In this document: piece by piece, positions 14,510 to 28,929 of the stretch | Numbering within the stretch: the first letter of the stretch is position 1 | Layout of the letters: the number at the start of each line of letters is the position of its first letter | Assembly: GCF_009914755.1 (NCBI RefSeq) | Contig: NC_060927.1 | DNA length: 64,000 nt | Direction: 5' to 3' (one strand) | Source: the human T2T-CHM13v2.0 reference genome, Homo sapiens | The notes under the pieces: model-generated | Databases searched by the model: none | What the model was told of the DNA's origin: nothing | Seen by the model: only the letters and a program-made list of their open reading frames with translations | Translations under genes and position numbers: made by a program

Positions 14510-14944
14510 TATGGTAGAATGAATTATTGGCCCTAATTTTTCACCCCTCCCTGTGTCCACACCCTTGGCATAGTCTCCTTATGAGTGGAGTATATGTTTC
14601 ACCCTTGACTTTGAAATTGGCCATATGATTTGCTTTGACTAGTGGCATGTGGATGACAGCCATAGCGTGCTAGTTCCAAGCCCTAAGCCTTAAGAGATTT
14701 CACCTGTTTCTGTTTACTGTCTTGTACCCCTGCCATCACCCTGAGAAGAACATACTTCTAGTCCTCTGGTACAAAGAAGGATAAGAAATACGTGTAACCA
14801 AACTAGGTCCACGATTCTGCAGCACAATACTAGCCTATGTAGTTCACCCATGGATCCCTGAAAGTAAATTGTAATTGTTTCAAGCCAAAGAGCTTTGGAC
14901 TAATGGGTTACACAACTTTATTAGAGCAATAGCTGACCAATATA
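14510..14944 (+). mobile_element. MaLR solo LTR (MLT1G/H-like)
   Basis: Start tatggtagaatgaattattggccctaat; cccttgactttg...gatttgctttg; end gcaatagctgaccaatata. Confidence 0.8.
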
Positions 14945-15509
14945 CTAGGAAAGACCCATTTGAAAGCTGTGCATGTGGGATTTCAGTGGGTATGAGAAGG
15001 AGCCATGGAACCACCTTAAAGGTGAGACTCTGCTCTGAACTAGTGGGAAGAGCTTTGGGGTAAGGATGGCTTAGGAGGTGTCTAATCCTGGCCCAGCAAT
15101 CTTGGAGCAGCTCTCACCTCTCTCTATCTGTAATATAAAGGCCTCCCACCAGCACAGTGGTCCTCTGCCATTTTTCTGGGTGTGGGGCATATCTGGTGGA
15201 CAATGACAGTATATAAGATGCATTTCCTCCACAAGACGCAGATTTTAACAAAACTCTAGAAGAGTATTTTGGAGAATGAAGTCACTACAATAATTGACAA
15301 CCACCACCACAACTGCAGCAGAGTGCTCACACAGGGCTACGGCTTAGATCCTAAGTGCTGTGGGTGACGTGAAAATCCAGTATCTCTACAGGTTTTTCCA
15401 ACTCTTTATTTTCCATTCAAGAAGGGAGTGGGGTGAGATTGCTATTATCCACCAGCAGAGGCTGATTCCCTGGGATGCGAGTGAAACTTCAAATTCACGC
15501 CCCTCACTC

Positions 15510-16739
15510 ACAGGCCACTGTCAAGACCATGGGAGGGACCTTAGATGTGCCTATGTGATTCTACATTTCTTACTGAATTTGTAAAGGTAAGAAGTTTTAA
15601 ATACAACTGGAAGACCCCAGTGTCACTGTCCGTTCTCTCTTCTGCTCTGTCAAACTTCTCTTTCTGTCAGGTGGCATTAGAATGGCCAAAGGCTTTTCTG
15701 GTATCTGCTAAGGGGGTTTGAGTTGGGATGTATTTAGTTTAGGTTTAGTGGGATATATTTCTGTGGTTTGCATCACTCTCAAGGATAAGTCATTGCTGGC
15801 CATGTTGGTATAGAAATGGCTTCCAAAAATATTCTCACTGCCCACTCTGCAAACTCTCTCAGCATCGTGACATGAATGTGCCCATTGGCACCCAGCTCCA
15901 GAAGTAGGTGGGTAATGCAGTAAAAACAAGCCTTGAAATGTACAGAACCTGCAGCGTTCTGTGGGATTATCTTCTGGCTATTAGGCATATAAAATCGTAA
16001 GTGATAGCTTCAGCTCCCATGAATGCCTAGTCAAAACAGAAGTTCATTTATAGAGGAACATATTAAATAAGGCAGAACATAAAATCATATTTGTACTATA
16101 AGTCCTTTTTTCATTTTTGAAGGGAATAATGTAAAATAGAATTGAGTAGGATGCTATGCAGTTTCCAAAGGCCTATTGCAGTTTCCAAAGCACAAATACA
16201 ACTGCAATAGCTCATATATGAAAAAACTTGATAAAAGTTCTCCTAAATTTGACAACAATCCCTAAATGCACATGATGTTACCAATAATGAGAGGCAAGGT
16301 TTTAAAAAAAGCTTTTCTAAACTCTCAATAATTGAAAATAAGGCAACCAGCTGACCTGGAGGAAATAATTAATTTCTATCTACTCTCTAAATAATATCTA
16401 AAATACTACCAAATCATTTTCATATGGAAACATTAATCAAAGAGTATGCAACCAAACCTGTAAGAAAAAAAGCATTATAGAGGCATGTCAGGCAATGAAA
16501 TTTTTTTAAAATATATAATTTTTCTGAATTTTGCAACCTATACGAATTTGTCATCATTCTGTGATTTATAATTGTCATTGATATTTGTCATCAAATTTGT
16601 AATCGTCTATAATTTCTTTTGTCATTCTAAATAAATATTCATTTTGCACCTAATTTGGGATACAATTTTGTATTTTTTTTTAAATGTGCTCCCCAAATTG
16701 TATAGGTTTCAGAGCCCAGGAAATTTTCTTCTGCCCCTG
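15510..16739 (+). mobile_element. Zaphod-like hAT-Tip100 DNA transposon, internally deleted
   Basis: Terminus cccaaattgtataggtttcagagccc...ctgcccctg; decayed hAT C-terminal coding remnant at about 16210-16400 (aaatttgacaacaatccctaaa...ttaccaataatgag...ttttctaaactctcaataat). Confidence 0.75.
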
Positions 16740-17819
16740 CCTGACAGAAGTTACACCCCAAATACATATGAGTGCTGTGGCCACTCAGGAACTCACGTGT
16801 CTCTTGAAAAGCCCTGCTCCCCACCGAAGGGGCAGGGCCACCCAACCCCCAACAAGAGCTGATATGTGGGAGCACCAGTCCTAAGTTGCCAGGTTTTTAC
16901 TTTTCCAAAACAAGCTAACAATATGGATTTTTATGTGCATTCTCCTGAGTTTGAAAAGTTATTACATACATATTGTGTGGGCTGCCATTGTGCACCCTCT
17001 CTTCAGATTACTCTGCTCTAAGTTACTTGGTGAAAATTAACTGACTTGTAAGCACCAGAACTTTATTGCTTACAGTAAGAAAGTTCTGCAGCAGAGACAG
17101 GCCTCAGAGTTGTTAGGGTCTTGTTGGTTTGGTGCTCCAGTGTCTCCTTCCAGCAGGCTTTCTGCTACCTGGCGTTAGTGCAGACAAGGAAAGACCCTGA
17201 ACAGTGGTGGCCAAGATGTGCTCACAGGCCCTGGCAGGTCAGGGGGCTCAGAGGAGCGAGGGCAGCAGAGGCCACAGCCACTAGAGCCAGGATGGTGTCC
17301 TCTGTGGCCCTGAAGGACGGGAGTCTGTGGAAGGACATGGGGGTTGCAAGAGTTAATGTGATAATGTTTGTTGATTATTTTAAGCTACATGGAGGAAAAA
17401 TATATTATAAATAGCAAGGGCCATAACAGATTCAAAGGGTAAGTGTATTGATAGCCTTTTTCCTCTTCCTAAGATTTCTGATGTTTCAAAACAAGATTAT
17501 TTCGGGAGTGCATCTATTTTAATTCAAAAGATTCTTCTTTAAACACGTTCCATGGCGAGAGAATCTGTCTCCTTCTTGTTCTCCCCTGGCTTTTTCCACG
17601 GAAAGGCAGAGCTCTGGTTTCACACACCTCGTGCCGGCCTCAGGCCTTTCAAAACCTTTCTGGGCGCCACCAGGCCACTGTGCACATTAGTAAAGGCCCG
17701 GCTTTGGGTCGGGCTTGACATTTTAATCCCCCAGAATCCTCCTTGTTTACCACTTGACAGTAGGCTTTACTTTGAATGAGGTGCTCTGTAACTTCCAGCT
17801 CCTGAAGCTGGACACAGGC

Positions 17820-17825
17820 ACACAG

Positions 17826-17868
<43 letters not shown>

Positions 17869-17875
17869 CACACAG
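17820..17875. repeat. (CA)n microsatellite, interrupted
   Basis: Direct reading of the sequence. Confidence 0.95.
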
Positions 17876-19039
17876 AGCAAGAATGTACCCAGATATAGGA
17901 AGGCTGGGCTACCTTCCTCCTTCTCTCTCTCCCTCCTTGCAGCGTAACACATCAGCCCAGGAGATGCTAGGGGCTAGTGCAGAGCAGAAGCTTGATCTGA
18001 ATGCAAGTACTGGTCAATAAAGGGCATTTAGGCTTTTCTGAAGAAGTCTTGGGATCCCGGCCATGGCTGGTCCTGGGCTTTGACAAGCAGGTATTTCTTC
18101 ACCCACACGACATAATTTCCCCTGATCCACAGCCCCAGCCTTCAGAGCCAGATGCTGAAGTCAGGCAGGCAGCTCAGATTCCTGCGGCTCCTGTTGCTCT
18201 CACTGGGATTAGCACAGGAAACTGCCGGCCGGAGCACGGGGCTAGCATGGCCTTCTCCTGTTCCAGCCTGGCTGCAGTTATGTCTTTGCAAGCACTTATT
18301 TTTTAAAAGCTACTTTTAAAAAATATCTTGCAGACATGTCTTCCTCATGATCTCTCTCTCCCTCCCTGTCCCCTGTCCCATTTCTCCTCTTTCTTCATGC
18401 TGCCCTCCCATAGTCTTCACATTTGAGGCAGCCTGCTTAGATTCTGATTGCCACTGAGATTTGAAATTGTGTAAATGGTTCCAATAGAGGAAATAAAAAT
18501 ATTGCCACCATCTTGGAGTTCTGCTTAGAACACCAAGCCCAGTCTGCAAAGGGGAGGGCAACAAGTTTCACTGCTCCCAGGATGGCAAAGAAGTCCCCAT
18601 TTAATAGGGAGAGGAGGAGAATTTTTCTCTCTCAATGTGAACTGTTATTTAATGAAGATGAATTAAGATTTAATAGTGTTAGTGCAATTGAATTATAAGT
18701 TTGATTAAAGTGGGTGATCAGTTAGCAAAAACACCAGCCTGGGAGACTAGTTGTTTATGTGCTTGGCAAACACAGATTGATGATTCCCTTTTCATCCAGA
18801 TCTGGGTGACTTTGACAAGGCCTTGGTTATTCATTTGTCCTGACAGCATGGCTGTGAAATTTTACCAATAACCACGGAGTACGTGCAAGTGGGCTGAAGA
18901 AGGATAAAGGCCACATTTTGTATGAAAAAAGAATCAATTAAATGTGGAGGCATGACAGAGGGCAGGATTCTCAAATGTTATAAATAAACTCCTTGTTGTG
19001 AAGTCAATCTATAGACTTCTTAAATAGAAATATTCATAC

Positions 19040-20290
19040 GGTAGCTTAAAAATTCCTTGGATATTTATGGGTAAAATGCTATGATGTCTAGGATTTGCCT
19101 AAAATACTCTGGGTGAAACAGAAAATGTCTATATGCATGTGTTAGGGAAGAAACAGATAAACAGATTAAACAAGATTGCCAAAGTGTTTAGAATTATTGA
19201 AGTTGGGTGATGGGAATATGGGTGTTTGTTGTACTATTTTTTCTACTTTGGGGTCTGTTGGAAATTTTCTATGCTGTAAATCTTCCCTACAGATCTAAAA
19301 AATCCCCTGGAGACAATTAGGTAACTTATATAAAGTGAAAGAAAAACAGAGAGATTCAAAATTTAAAACTATAAGGTATAGAAGAAAACATGAAGGCCCT
19401 AGTAGATAGATGGACAAAGTATAGGAGCAAACAACTAGCAAAAAAGAAAAAAACTGTGTCTAATAAAATTTGAAAACATGTTTAACCTCACTAAAAAATT
19501 AAATTTAAATGATGGCAGTTGGATGCACTTTCCTTTCCCATGTGATGAGCAAAAGTTAAAGTAGTAAGAGTTCTTAATTTCAGTGAGCGTCAGTGCCCAG
19601 CCTGCCCTAATCAGCTGCTGAGAGTGCATACTGGGACAACTTTTTGGAAGGCAAATTGGAAATGTGATTTCAACAACTTTAGATTTTTTTCCTAACCATC
19701 GAGCCAGTAATTTCACTTCTAGAAATTTCACCTATGGAAACAAGTAAAGATATGCTTAGTAATTTGTGATTTACGTATAGGAATGACTGTGCTAGCATTA
19801 TTTAGAGGACTAAAAGCAATAGGATATCACCCAAATGCTCAACAATCAGAAGCTACTTAGATAATTTTCAGATAATTAATTTGTGCATTTATTAAACAGT
19901 CACTGATCAAGATCTCTTTACATACCAGATACAGGGGACACAAAGATGAATAAGACATAGCCCCTATCCTCAAGGAGCTGGCAGGGCAGTGGACAGGTGA
20001 CAAAGGTCATTTATACGATGGAGTATACTGCAGGTGTTAAAAACAGAAGTTGCAAAGGATGCTTTTGCTTTAAGGTAAACACGGGATAAAAAATTTTATA
20101 TGATGCCTTATGTAAACATTATTACATAAAATATAAAGATTGATAAGCAATATACAAAATATTAACAGATTTATCTTGGAGTGCTGAAATAATAGGTTAT
20201 TCTTTTTTCCTGAAACTTTCCTTTAACTTGCAGAATTTTCTCTCGTCAAAAGATTTAATTTTATAGCTAGAAAAAAGACTATATAAAAGA
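19040..20290 (+). mobile_element. L1MC 3' end plus L1ME fragments, with an L2 piece at about 19880-20000
   Basis: atgatgtctaggatttgc...ttgaagttgggtgatggg (L1MC tail); aatttcacttctagaaatttcacctatggaaa (L1ME). Confidence 0.6.
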
Positions 20291-20439
20291 GAAGAATGCT
20301 ACATTTAATGAATGCTTATTATATTCCATGTACATTTCTGGGTACTACACACAGACACACAAACACACAGGCACACACACATGCACACATATAATAAAAA
20401 CACGCTACACACAGTCTCATTTATCTTACAACATTTTGT

Positions 20440-20860
20440 GGTAGGGTTTATTTTTAATTTTTAAAAATGTTCAACTTTTAATTTTTATAATTAATGACTT
20501 TTATATTCACATGGTTCTAAAATCAAAACGATACAAAATGGTATATAGTGAAAAATCTAATTTCCAGACCTGCCCTAAACCACTACATTTTGCTAGCAAC
20601 AACTCCCATCCTCACACCAGGGGTAATCCCTTTTATTAAGTTCTTGTGTATTGTTTATGTAAAATAAGCAATTAAAAATACTTTTATATTCTCCCTTTCT
20701 TATACAAAAGGTAGCATGTTATACATACTGTTTCCCATCTTTCTTTTCTCACTAAAATAAAGTCTAGCTCTTATAATCACGAGGATTAAGAAACATGCTC
20801 ATTTTTAATGCCTGCATAGCATTCCACTGCATGCGAGTGTTGTAATCTGGCTTATTAGTC
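20440..20860 (-). mobile_element. L1ME4-like 3' fragment
   Basis: acaaaaggtagcatgttatacatactgttt...cctgcatagcattccactg. Confidence 0.55.
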
Positions 20861-21039
20861 CCTAGTTCTGCTGCAAAAGAAGTTTGTAGCTTGAGCAGAC
20901 ACAGTTTTTGTCCTTTAATCTTTATGGCTCTAAAAGGGTAAGATCTGGTTCAAATATGAAGTTTGCATTTTTCCCCCCATTAGTTTGAATGGTTTCTTAT
21001 AGAATAAGGTCTGGTTCAAAGGAATTACTTTTAATAGTC

Positions 21040-21180
21040 CCATTTTATAAATGAGGCATAGAAGTTTCAGAGAAACTCAGTGAATTGGTTAATGTTACAC
21101 AGCAGGTAAATGATAGTTCTAGACCTCAACGCCAAAAGCCAGTTAGGGTCAGAGCCCATGCTTTTCCCAGTCAGAGCTGT
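21040..21180 (-). mobile_element. MIR SINE
   Basis: cccattttataaatgagg...gttacacagcaggtaaatgatag. Confidence 0.6.
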
Positions 21181-21481
21181 ACTGAAGGGGCAGGGCGGGT
21201 TGTGTGACAATGTTGGCAAGGGACCAGGTGGGAGTTCTAGGATGTCAGCTCTATTAGTTTGAAAACCACATGGCAACAGTGCCCTCATTCCCTAGATTAA
21301 ATGCTGAAAGAGGCCCTGAGAAAGTGCTTGCAAAAAAGGGATGATGAGCTGGGTGTCTAAAAGGAGAGCACGCATTTCTAACCCTTCTCAGGCACATTCA
21401 GCAAGAGAGGTCAGGGACTTGCAAGGAAGAGCCACCTTGCTTCCTGGCACTCTCCAGTGAAATGAATGGAGTCTTACCCAT

Positions 21482-21605
21482 AGGGTAGGGTCAAATAAAA
21501 TGCAGTACACCCAGTTATATTTAACTATATATAACTTGGATAAACAATGCGAAATTTTTAAGTATATCCCATATGATAATTTTATTTGCTAAATCTGGCA
21601 ACCCT
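21482..21605. mobile_element. MER53 hAT element, internally deleted
   Basis: aataaaatgcagtacacccagtt start and ttttatttgctaaatctggcaaccct end. Confidence 0.7.
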
Positions 21606-22929
21606 ACCATAGAGGCTCAGCTCAGACAGTCTTGCCAGCATCCATTCTTGCTTGGCAGCTATTTGCTCATCATAGGTAAAAATATTTAGGCGAGGCAGGT
21701 TGGGGATATTCTGCCATGCCTTCAGACCACTTCCACTGTATGGCTGTTGGTAAGTCCACCTGGTTGTAACAATAACATAATTTCCATGTAAGTATTATTT
21801 ATTTGTTCATCTATATATTAAACTATCTCCAAACAATTTTTAGAATACAGAAGTAAAATATGTTCATTGTAAGAAAAAAAGATATAAATAGTGTGGATAC
21901 ATATATGTACACACAAGTATTTATCAAAACATTTAATGTTATTTGGATCTGATAGAAGAAAATACTAAAGTGCAATTGATAGAAAAACAACTCTAGATAA
22001 ATGTTTTTTCATAACAAATCAGTTTCTTTAAAAAAACTATAAACTTAAAAAAAAGAAAATAGTAAAAGCAAGGTAACTATAAAGCACATGGTAAATGTGC
22101 TTTATAATATAAATATCACTGGAGAAATTATTCTATGTAAATATCTACAATCACAACATAAAATTACCAAGTTCTAGTTACAAGATAGAATTATCACATT
22201 AAATTTTAAAACTCATTATACCTCAATTAAACAAGGAAAAATCAATACATATTCTGCCTGCAAGAGCTACATTGAAGTCAAAGGACATGAAAAGGTAAAA
22301 AATAAAAGAATGGAAAAAGATATTTGCCAGGTAAAATAACCATAACCAAGCTGGTATAGCTACATTAATATTTATGTTTTTTAAAGATGAAAATAATCAA
22401 GATATAATGGTAAAATCTTCAATTTACTAGAAAGAGATAATCATTATAAACATTAATATACCTAATAATATAGTCTCAAAATATATAAAGTGAAATTTGA
22501 CAGACCAACAAGGATAAATTGACAAAGACACAACACACTGGGAAATTTTTGACATCCCTCTCTCAGTAGTTAGTAGCTCAAGTCAACACATGTTTTTAAC
22601 CATATTTGAATAGTATGATAAACTTGATTCAGTGAACATATACATGAGACTCCTATAGCAAGAAATTGGGGCATATACATTCTTCTCAAGCACACAAGAA
22701 TCAAGTATAAAAACTAACCAAAAAATAGTTCATTAATTAGGTCTCCATACATTTCAAAGAATCAATGATATAGAGACCACATATTTGATCCCAATGCAAT
22801 AAAATGAGAAATAAACAAACAAAATAATTATAAAACTCCATACATTTTGAAATTTAAAAACACACTTCTAAATAACTCATGGGTCAAAAAAGAATTCAAA
22901 GTGGACTTTTAAAATACTTAGAGTAAGGG

Positions 22930-24850
22930 AGTACTTCCAGGTCTGAAAAATAATGGCAGCTGCCTGAACCTGTTTAGTTTTATATCTCATCTCCAAAATC
23001 AGTGATTTGAGAAGGCAAGCAAGTAAAGCCACCCATGATCCACTCCTTCACATTACCAGGAGACAGAGACTACCGAAAACTTTAAGTTAAAAAACAAGCA
23101 CCACGTTCCAACAGAGCTCTTGCTGCTGCTGAACATCTGTAGGGTAAAGTGTAAAGAAGAGAAGACAAGAGAATCTATGAAAAGGGAAAAAGGGAGAAGA
23201 GGGCATAGACAAAACGCTACAAAACCACTGCCAGAAAAAAGTTTGACAATAAGTGCAAAATACTGAACACAGATCTGGAACATAGTAGTTCATAGCATCA
23301 GCCAAGGGAAAGGGGCTTAAAAATGATCAGGACTGGAATTGGCAGCTTCAGAGAAGCTGAGCTTGTAAAAGTTAATTAGATAATCAGATAAATAGAGATT
23401 AATAATGTCTTCTGTAGTTGTGACAATGAGGGAAAAGCTTAAGTTAGAGAAGAAAAATACTGATCCTGCAGAGATAAAAAATGAACAAGATATACCAAGA
23501 TATTCGATTCCTCTCATCATCTGTAAAGAAACTGAACTTCACTAAACTGACAGAAGAAGGTACACTTAAATTTTGCACCTGTATACATAATACTTCAGGA
23601 AAAATAAAAATGGAAAATAAATCAAACCAATGCTGTTCAAGACTACTAGCAAATAAAAATTCTCCTCCTAACAAAACCCACTAAGTAGAAGAAGCTAATA
23701 ACAAAATGTTTCCTTCTGAATTAAATACACTTTAAAAGCCATCTGAAGATTCCAAAATGCTGTAATCAGAAATTCAAAAACTAAAAACAGAAAATGATAA
23801 AATGTGAGAAGAAAATGTAATAAGAGTTGATTAAACTCAGGAAAGAAATGGAAGAAAAAGGCAATAGAATTTTATAAATCAAGAATAATTACTAGGTGTG
23901 CAAGAAGAAATACATTTGAATGAAATTTTTTTTAAAAACTGAAGGGCAGAAAAAGACCCAAAATAATAAAAATGAAATAATGAAATAAGTAAAATAGTTT
24001 TGAAAAAAAGTGATCAAAATGGAAGATGGTCAAAGAAAGTTCAGTCTGCATGTAATTGGAGTCCCTGGAAAAACAAAAACAAAGCATAGGAGCAAAGCAA
24101 AAACTTAAAACTGTTTCCAAGAAAATTGTCCTGACATAAAAGAAAATTAAATAATTGAAAGGGCCCATCATATTGTTGAGAACTGTGAAGGGCCTTATAT
24201 TTTATTCTACTTATAAACTTACAAATTAGCTTGTCACGGTTGTATGGATATCAGCAGAAAAGGAGAGACTCCTAAGTCAGAGAGAAAATAAAATATATTA
24301 CTCACAACAATAGAAGTAAACAAGTATTGTCATTTCTACACTTCTTTCCCCAAGTCCCAGTGTTCACAGAGCAATGTAAAGAGGGCCAGAGGACATTAGC
24401 ACAATGTTATAGGAGAGAATCCTACACTTAGGGAACCCAATCTTTTAAAATGGGTAGGAAGCATTTCTTCCCTTTGCTCCATTATATTACACAGTAAGCT
24501 TGTCTTCCCTTGGTTTTGGACAAGACACCATCTCTATATTCTGAGGCTGTTTGCTATACAAACTCCCTTGAAAAGACAGACTGAATAATAATAAGTGCCT
24601 CACTCACAATCTGATGGAACCATGAACAATCCATGCAGAATTGTCTGCCAGCACACATACTTGGAAACTTACTCCAGAATGATAAAATCTCAAACCTGAG
24701 ACATGTATTAGTAAAACTACTAGACTTTAAAGACAAAAAAAAAAAAATCCTCATGGCTTCCAAGCAAAACTATCAAATTATTCAAATACATGCAAAAAAT
24801 TTAAGCTTCATGTATCCCTAAGAACAACATACAAAGGAAGGCAGCAACAG
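22930..24850 (+). mobile_element. HAL1/L1M 5'-ORF1-like relic nested in the L1ME
   Basis: A-rich coiled-coil-like decay; taattggagtccctggaaaa...attgaaagggccca; ctgagacatgtattagtaaaactactagactttaaagac. Confidence 0.5.
24184..24654. mobile_element. ERVL-class solo LTR, subfamily uncertain
   Basis: tgtgaagggccttatattttattctactt...gagactcctaagtcagaga start; ends near ...tctgccagcaca. Confidence 0.6.
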
Positions 24851-25232
24851 AATGACATTATTTGGAAAGAAGATTAATGCAGATATAATCAATTAAGATG
24901 AGGTTATACTGGGGTAGGGTGGGCCCTTAACCCAATATGACAGGTGTCATTATAGAAAAAGGAGAGGCACAGAGACACAGACACAGGGAGTGGGGGAGAA
25001 CGCCATGTGCCAGTGGAGGCAGAGACTGAAGGGTGCAGCTTCAAACCAAGGAACATCAAGGATTGCCAGCAAAGCACCAGAAGCTAGAAGGAGGTAAGGA
25101 AGGATTCACTCCTACAGATTTCAGAGGGATCCTGGCCTTGCCAAGACCTTGATCTCAGGCTTCTAGCCTGCAGAACAAATTCTGTTGCTTGAGGCCACCC
25201 AGATTGTGGTACTTTACAAAGCTCTAGGAAAC
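24850..25232 (+). mobile_element. MaLR LTR (MLT1B/C-like)
   Basis: aattaagatgaggttatactggggtagggtgggccctt; ccaaggaacatcaaggattgccagc; gccacccagattgtggtacttt. Confidence 0.85.
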
Positions 25233-26070
25233 GCATGTAGATGGATACTTCCCTAACATAATAAACCATATAAAGCTCAAATCCAAAAGCCAGAATCTTA
25301 TTCAATGGGGAAAAACTAGAGGCATTCCCGCTAAAGCAAAGATGCCCACTAACTTCAATATGATTTAACATTGTCCTTGAGGTATTAGCCAATGTGATTA
25401 GATATGAGTAATATTTAAAGGCATAAGAATTAGAAAATAAGTAAAACTATGTTTATACATACTCACTCTAAGGCTCAGCAATCACACTCCAGGAAATTTA
25501 TTACAGAAAAATAAAAACGTGTTTACATGAAAACCTACACATGTCATGCATTGCAGCTTTGTTTATAATAGCTGAAACCTGGAAACAGCCGAAATGTTCT
25601 TTAGCAGGTGAATGGTTAAACATACTGTGGTACATTTGTACCTCTTTATACTACTCAGCAAGAAAAACAAGCAGACCACTGATACACTCAACAACTTAGA
25701 TGAGACTCCAGGGCATTATGTTATGTGAAAATACCAATCTTAAAAGGTTGTATGATTGGTTCTTCTTATATAGTATTCTTGAAATGACAAAATTAAACGT
25801 TGTTCTTTGGAAAGACTACCAAAATAGATAACATTTAGGCAAGCATGATCAAGAAAAAAGCAAGAGGCACAAGTAAACAATATTATTAATTAAAAAGAGA
25901 ACAATTACAGACTCTGCAGATATTTAAAAAATAAGCATATACTATGAGCAACTTTATTCTTATTGATTTGAAAATTTAGACAAAACTGTCAATTTATTGG
26001 AAAATGGCACTCACCAATACTGACACAAGAAGAAACAGAAAATCAAAATTGTCTGATAATCATTGAAGTT

Positions 26071-27121
26071 CAGCTAATTTTAGTTGTCATGGTATTTATG
26101 TTCTATAAAGTTGCCGTAAACACTGAAATAGTGAATACTGAACAGAGAAGACAGAGGGTTAGGTTCTTGTGAGCCTTTGGTCACAACATTCTTGTCAACT
26201 AAAACTCCATTTGTAGTATATACATTCATTCGTCATTGTCCTTTTTAAACAAGCTGGTCTCATCAACATTGAAAACCTGCTCTGCCAGATAATCATTTTC
26301 CCGTATAACACTTAGCAGGTGTTTTCAAACTTCTTCTATAGGCTCTTGCTTGGCAGAACCTACCTTATCTGCAACTTTAACATTTTTTACACTGTGTTGT
26401 CTTTTGAAATGTATAATCCAATGGCAAGGGTTTAACATTTTCTTGACATAGGTGACATGACTATATTTTCTTTTCGTTTCAGCCTCACAACAATGCTGTA
26501 ACTAAGCTTTTTAAAAAAATCCATTGTCGTCACATGAATCCACAAATTTAGCTGCTTTCCATCTTTTCTATAACTTCATCAAGCATTATAGATGTTACTT
26601 TAGCACTTTCTGGAGCAGCCTCACACACAGATCAATGAATTTGTTCTCCCTTTTTTTTGGATGTACTATATTGTTGATTTATTAACATTGAACTCACAGC
26701 CAACAACCTACAACTCATGCCTGAATGAAACTTATCTAACACATGTATTTTCTCTGTAAGGCACATAACAGCTTTCTTGCACTTAGGAACACTAGACAGC
26801 AGTTTAACACCATGCTTAGTGGCCATTTTAAACAGCAAAATCAGCAATAAAAAGCCCCGAAATGTGAAAAATGTGGTACTAAATTGATTACAGAAAAGGT
26901 ATTTGTTTATAGTATGACGGTTGAGACAAGAAGGTAGAGCATCACCTTGTTCAACTTCAGCTGGGAGTGTGTGTGTTGGGTAACTCAAATTTTTCACCAC
27001 TTTGAACATGTTTACAAATTACCACAAAAGCACCACAAATATTGATTTGGGGATTACAAATGCATTTTAGCAAGTAGTCAAATTGGCAAATACAGAATTT
27101 GCAAATAATGACAATTGACTG
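26071..27121 (-). mobile_element. TcMar-Tigger element (MER82/Tigger17-related) retaining a decayed N-terminal transposase
   Basis: MER82-like ends (cagctaattttagttgtc...gcaaataatgacaattgactg, then TA); ORF 26632-27009 contains MATKHGVKLLSSVPKCKKAVMCLTEKIHVLDKFHSGMS, a CENP-B/psq-type HTH start. Confidence 0.85.
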
Positions 27122-28929
27122 TAATTGAATCATAACTTAAAATCTATCAACTAAGAAAATCTAAAAACAAAAAGCAAAACTAAGCTCAGGTGATTTTATA
27201 GCAAGTCTGTCAAGCTTTTCTGTAACATCAACTGTTCCAGAGAAAAGGGTGGGGAAAAGGGACTAATCCCCCAACTCATTTAATGAGACTGGTATCACCT
27301 CGATACTAAACAAGATAAGGACTGTAAAAGAAAGAAAAATCACAAGCCAGTAGCACTTAAGAAAATAGGTTGAAAATTTAAACAAAATACTAGAAATCTG
27401 AACCCAAAGGCGAGTAGGAAAAAATACAATATGATCAAGTTAGTTTTATCCCAGGGATGCATGACTGGCAATGTTCTAAAATTATTTATGAAATTCACTA
27501 CACTCACAGGTTAAAGGGGTGAAAACATATAATCATCATGCGTATATTAAAAAATCCTACAAAAATCATACGGAATATGTATGTATGTATGTTCAAAACA
27601 CCTGTTGGAAGCATCATGAAATTTGGTGAAACATTAGAAGCAATACATTTAAAATTAGGAATGGAAAAGAATGCCCCATTCACCACTTTTATTTAACATT
27701 TTACAAGAGGCTGTGGCTCACACAGGAAGACCAGCAAAAGAAAAGGTAATTGTAAAGGAAGAAAAGAAAATTACCATTTGAGAGTTATATAATTATCTAC
27801 ATAAAAACATTATAATTAATATGATGGATGGTTGTTAGACACAAATGTACAAAAATTAGATGCACTCCTATTTACCAGCAATGAATAGTCAGAAAATGCA
27901 ATTTAAAAAATACAAATTTCAGTGGGAACAACAACAAAAATGTAAGGTATAAAAGAATAAATCTAAGAACAAGTGTTTGTGACCTTTCTGAAGAAATCAT
28001 TAAACTTTATTCAAAAACATTGAAAGGTTCCTGAATAAATGGAATGATACATCACATTCATGGATAGGAAAACTCAATATCATAAATATAAATTATCCTC
28101 AAAGGATTCTATAAATCAGAATCTTTATGGGGTTAACTTTGGAATTTGCCAGTTTGATTGTAGAATTTACATGGAAGAACATTCATCCCAGATAATGGGA
28201 TAAGAATGGGCCAAGAATAGTCAAGCTGATTTTGAGGAAGAATAAGGGGTGGCAACTAATCCTAGCACATAACAATAATTTTTAAAAAGTTACAGTAACA
28301 GAGACAATTTGTTCTTGGTGTGGGGCAGAGCAAATAGACTGATGGAGCAAACAGCTCAGAAAGAGTCAGACATATATGGGAAAGTTGCTTTGTGGTAGAG
28401 GTGACATTTTTGATCAATGGAAAAAGGAAAGGCTATTCAATTAATAATATGAAGTCAATTGTTATTTATATGGATATAAAGTGAAATTGAATTCCTGCTT
28501 GACAATATAACCAAAAACTATTCTAGGTCAATTTAAAACAAAAATTAAAAAACACATTCAATATTTTAGAAGGAGATATAGAGAAATTTTTCATGGCTTT
28601 AGGGTTGGGAAGGATTCCTGATGCAAAACACAATAAGCACAAAATCTAATAAGAAAGATTGGTGATTTCAATTCTATTACAATTAAAAACTTGTGATTGT
28701 CAAAAGATCCTACAAAGGTGAATTGATAAGCCAGAGAAGATACTTGTAATATACCCAACTAATAAAGGATTCAAATCCAGATTATATAAATAACCTCTAC
28801 AAACCGAAAAGCAAAACATAATCCAAGAAAAAAAAGACAAAAGATATAAATAAGTAATTTACAAAAGAGCAAAGCAAGTGGTCAATGCATGTACAAAAAG
28901 ATGCTCCACCATACCAGTGGTCAAATCAT

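Noticed and set aside
17550-17720. Slight CpG enrichment
   Set aside because: Too short and sparse for a CpG-island promoter
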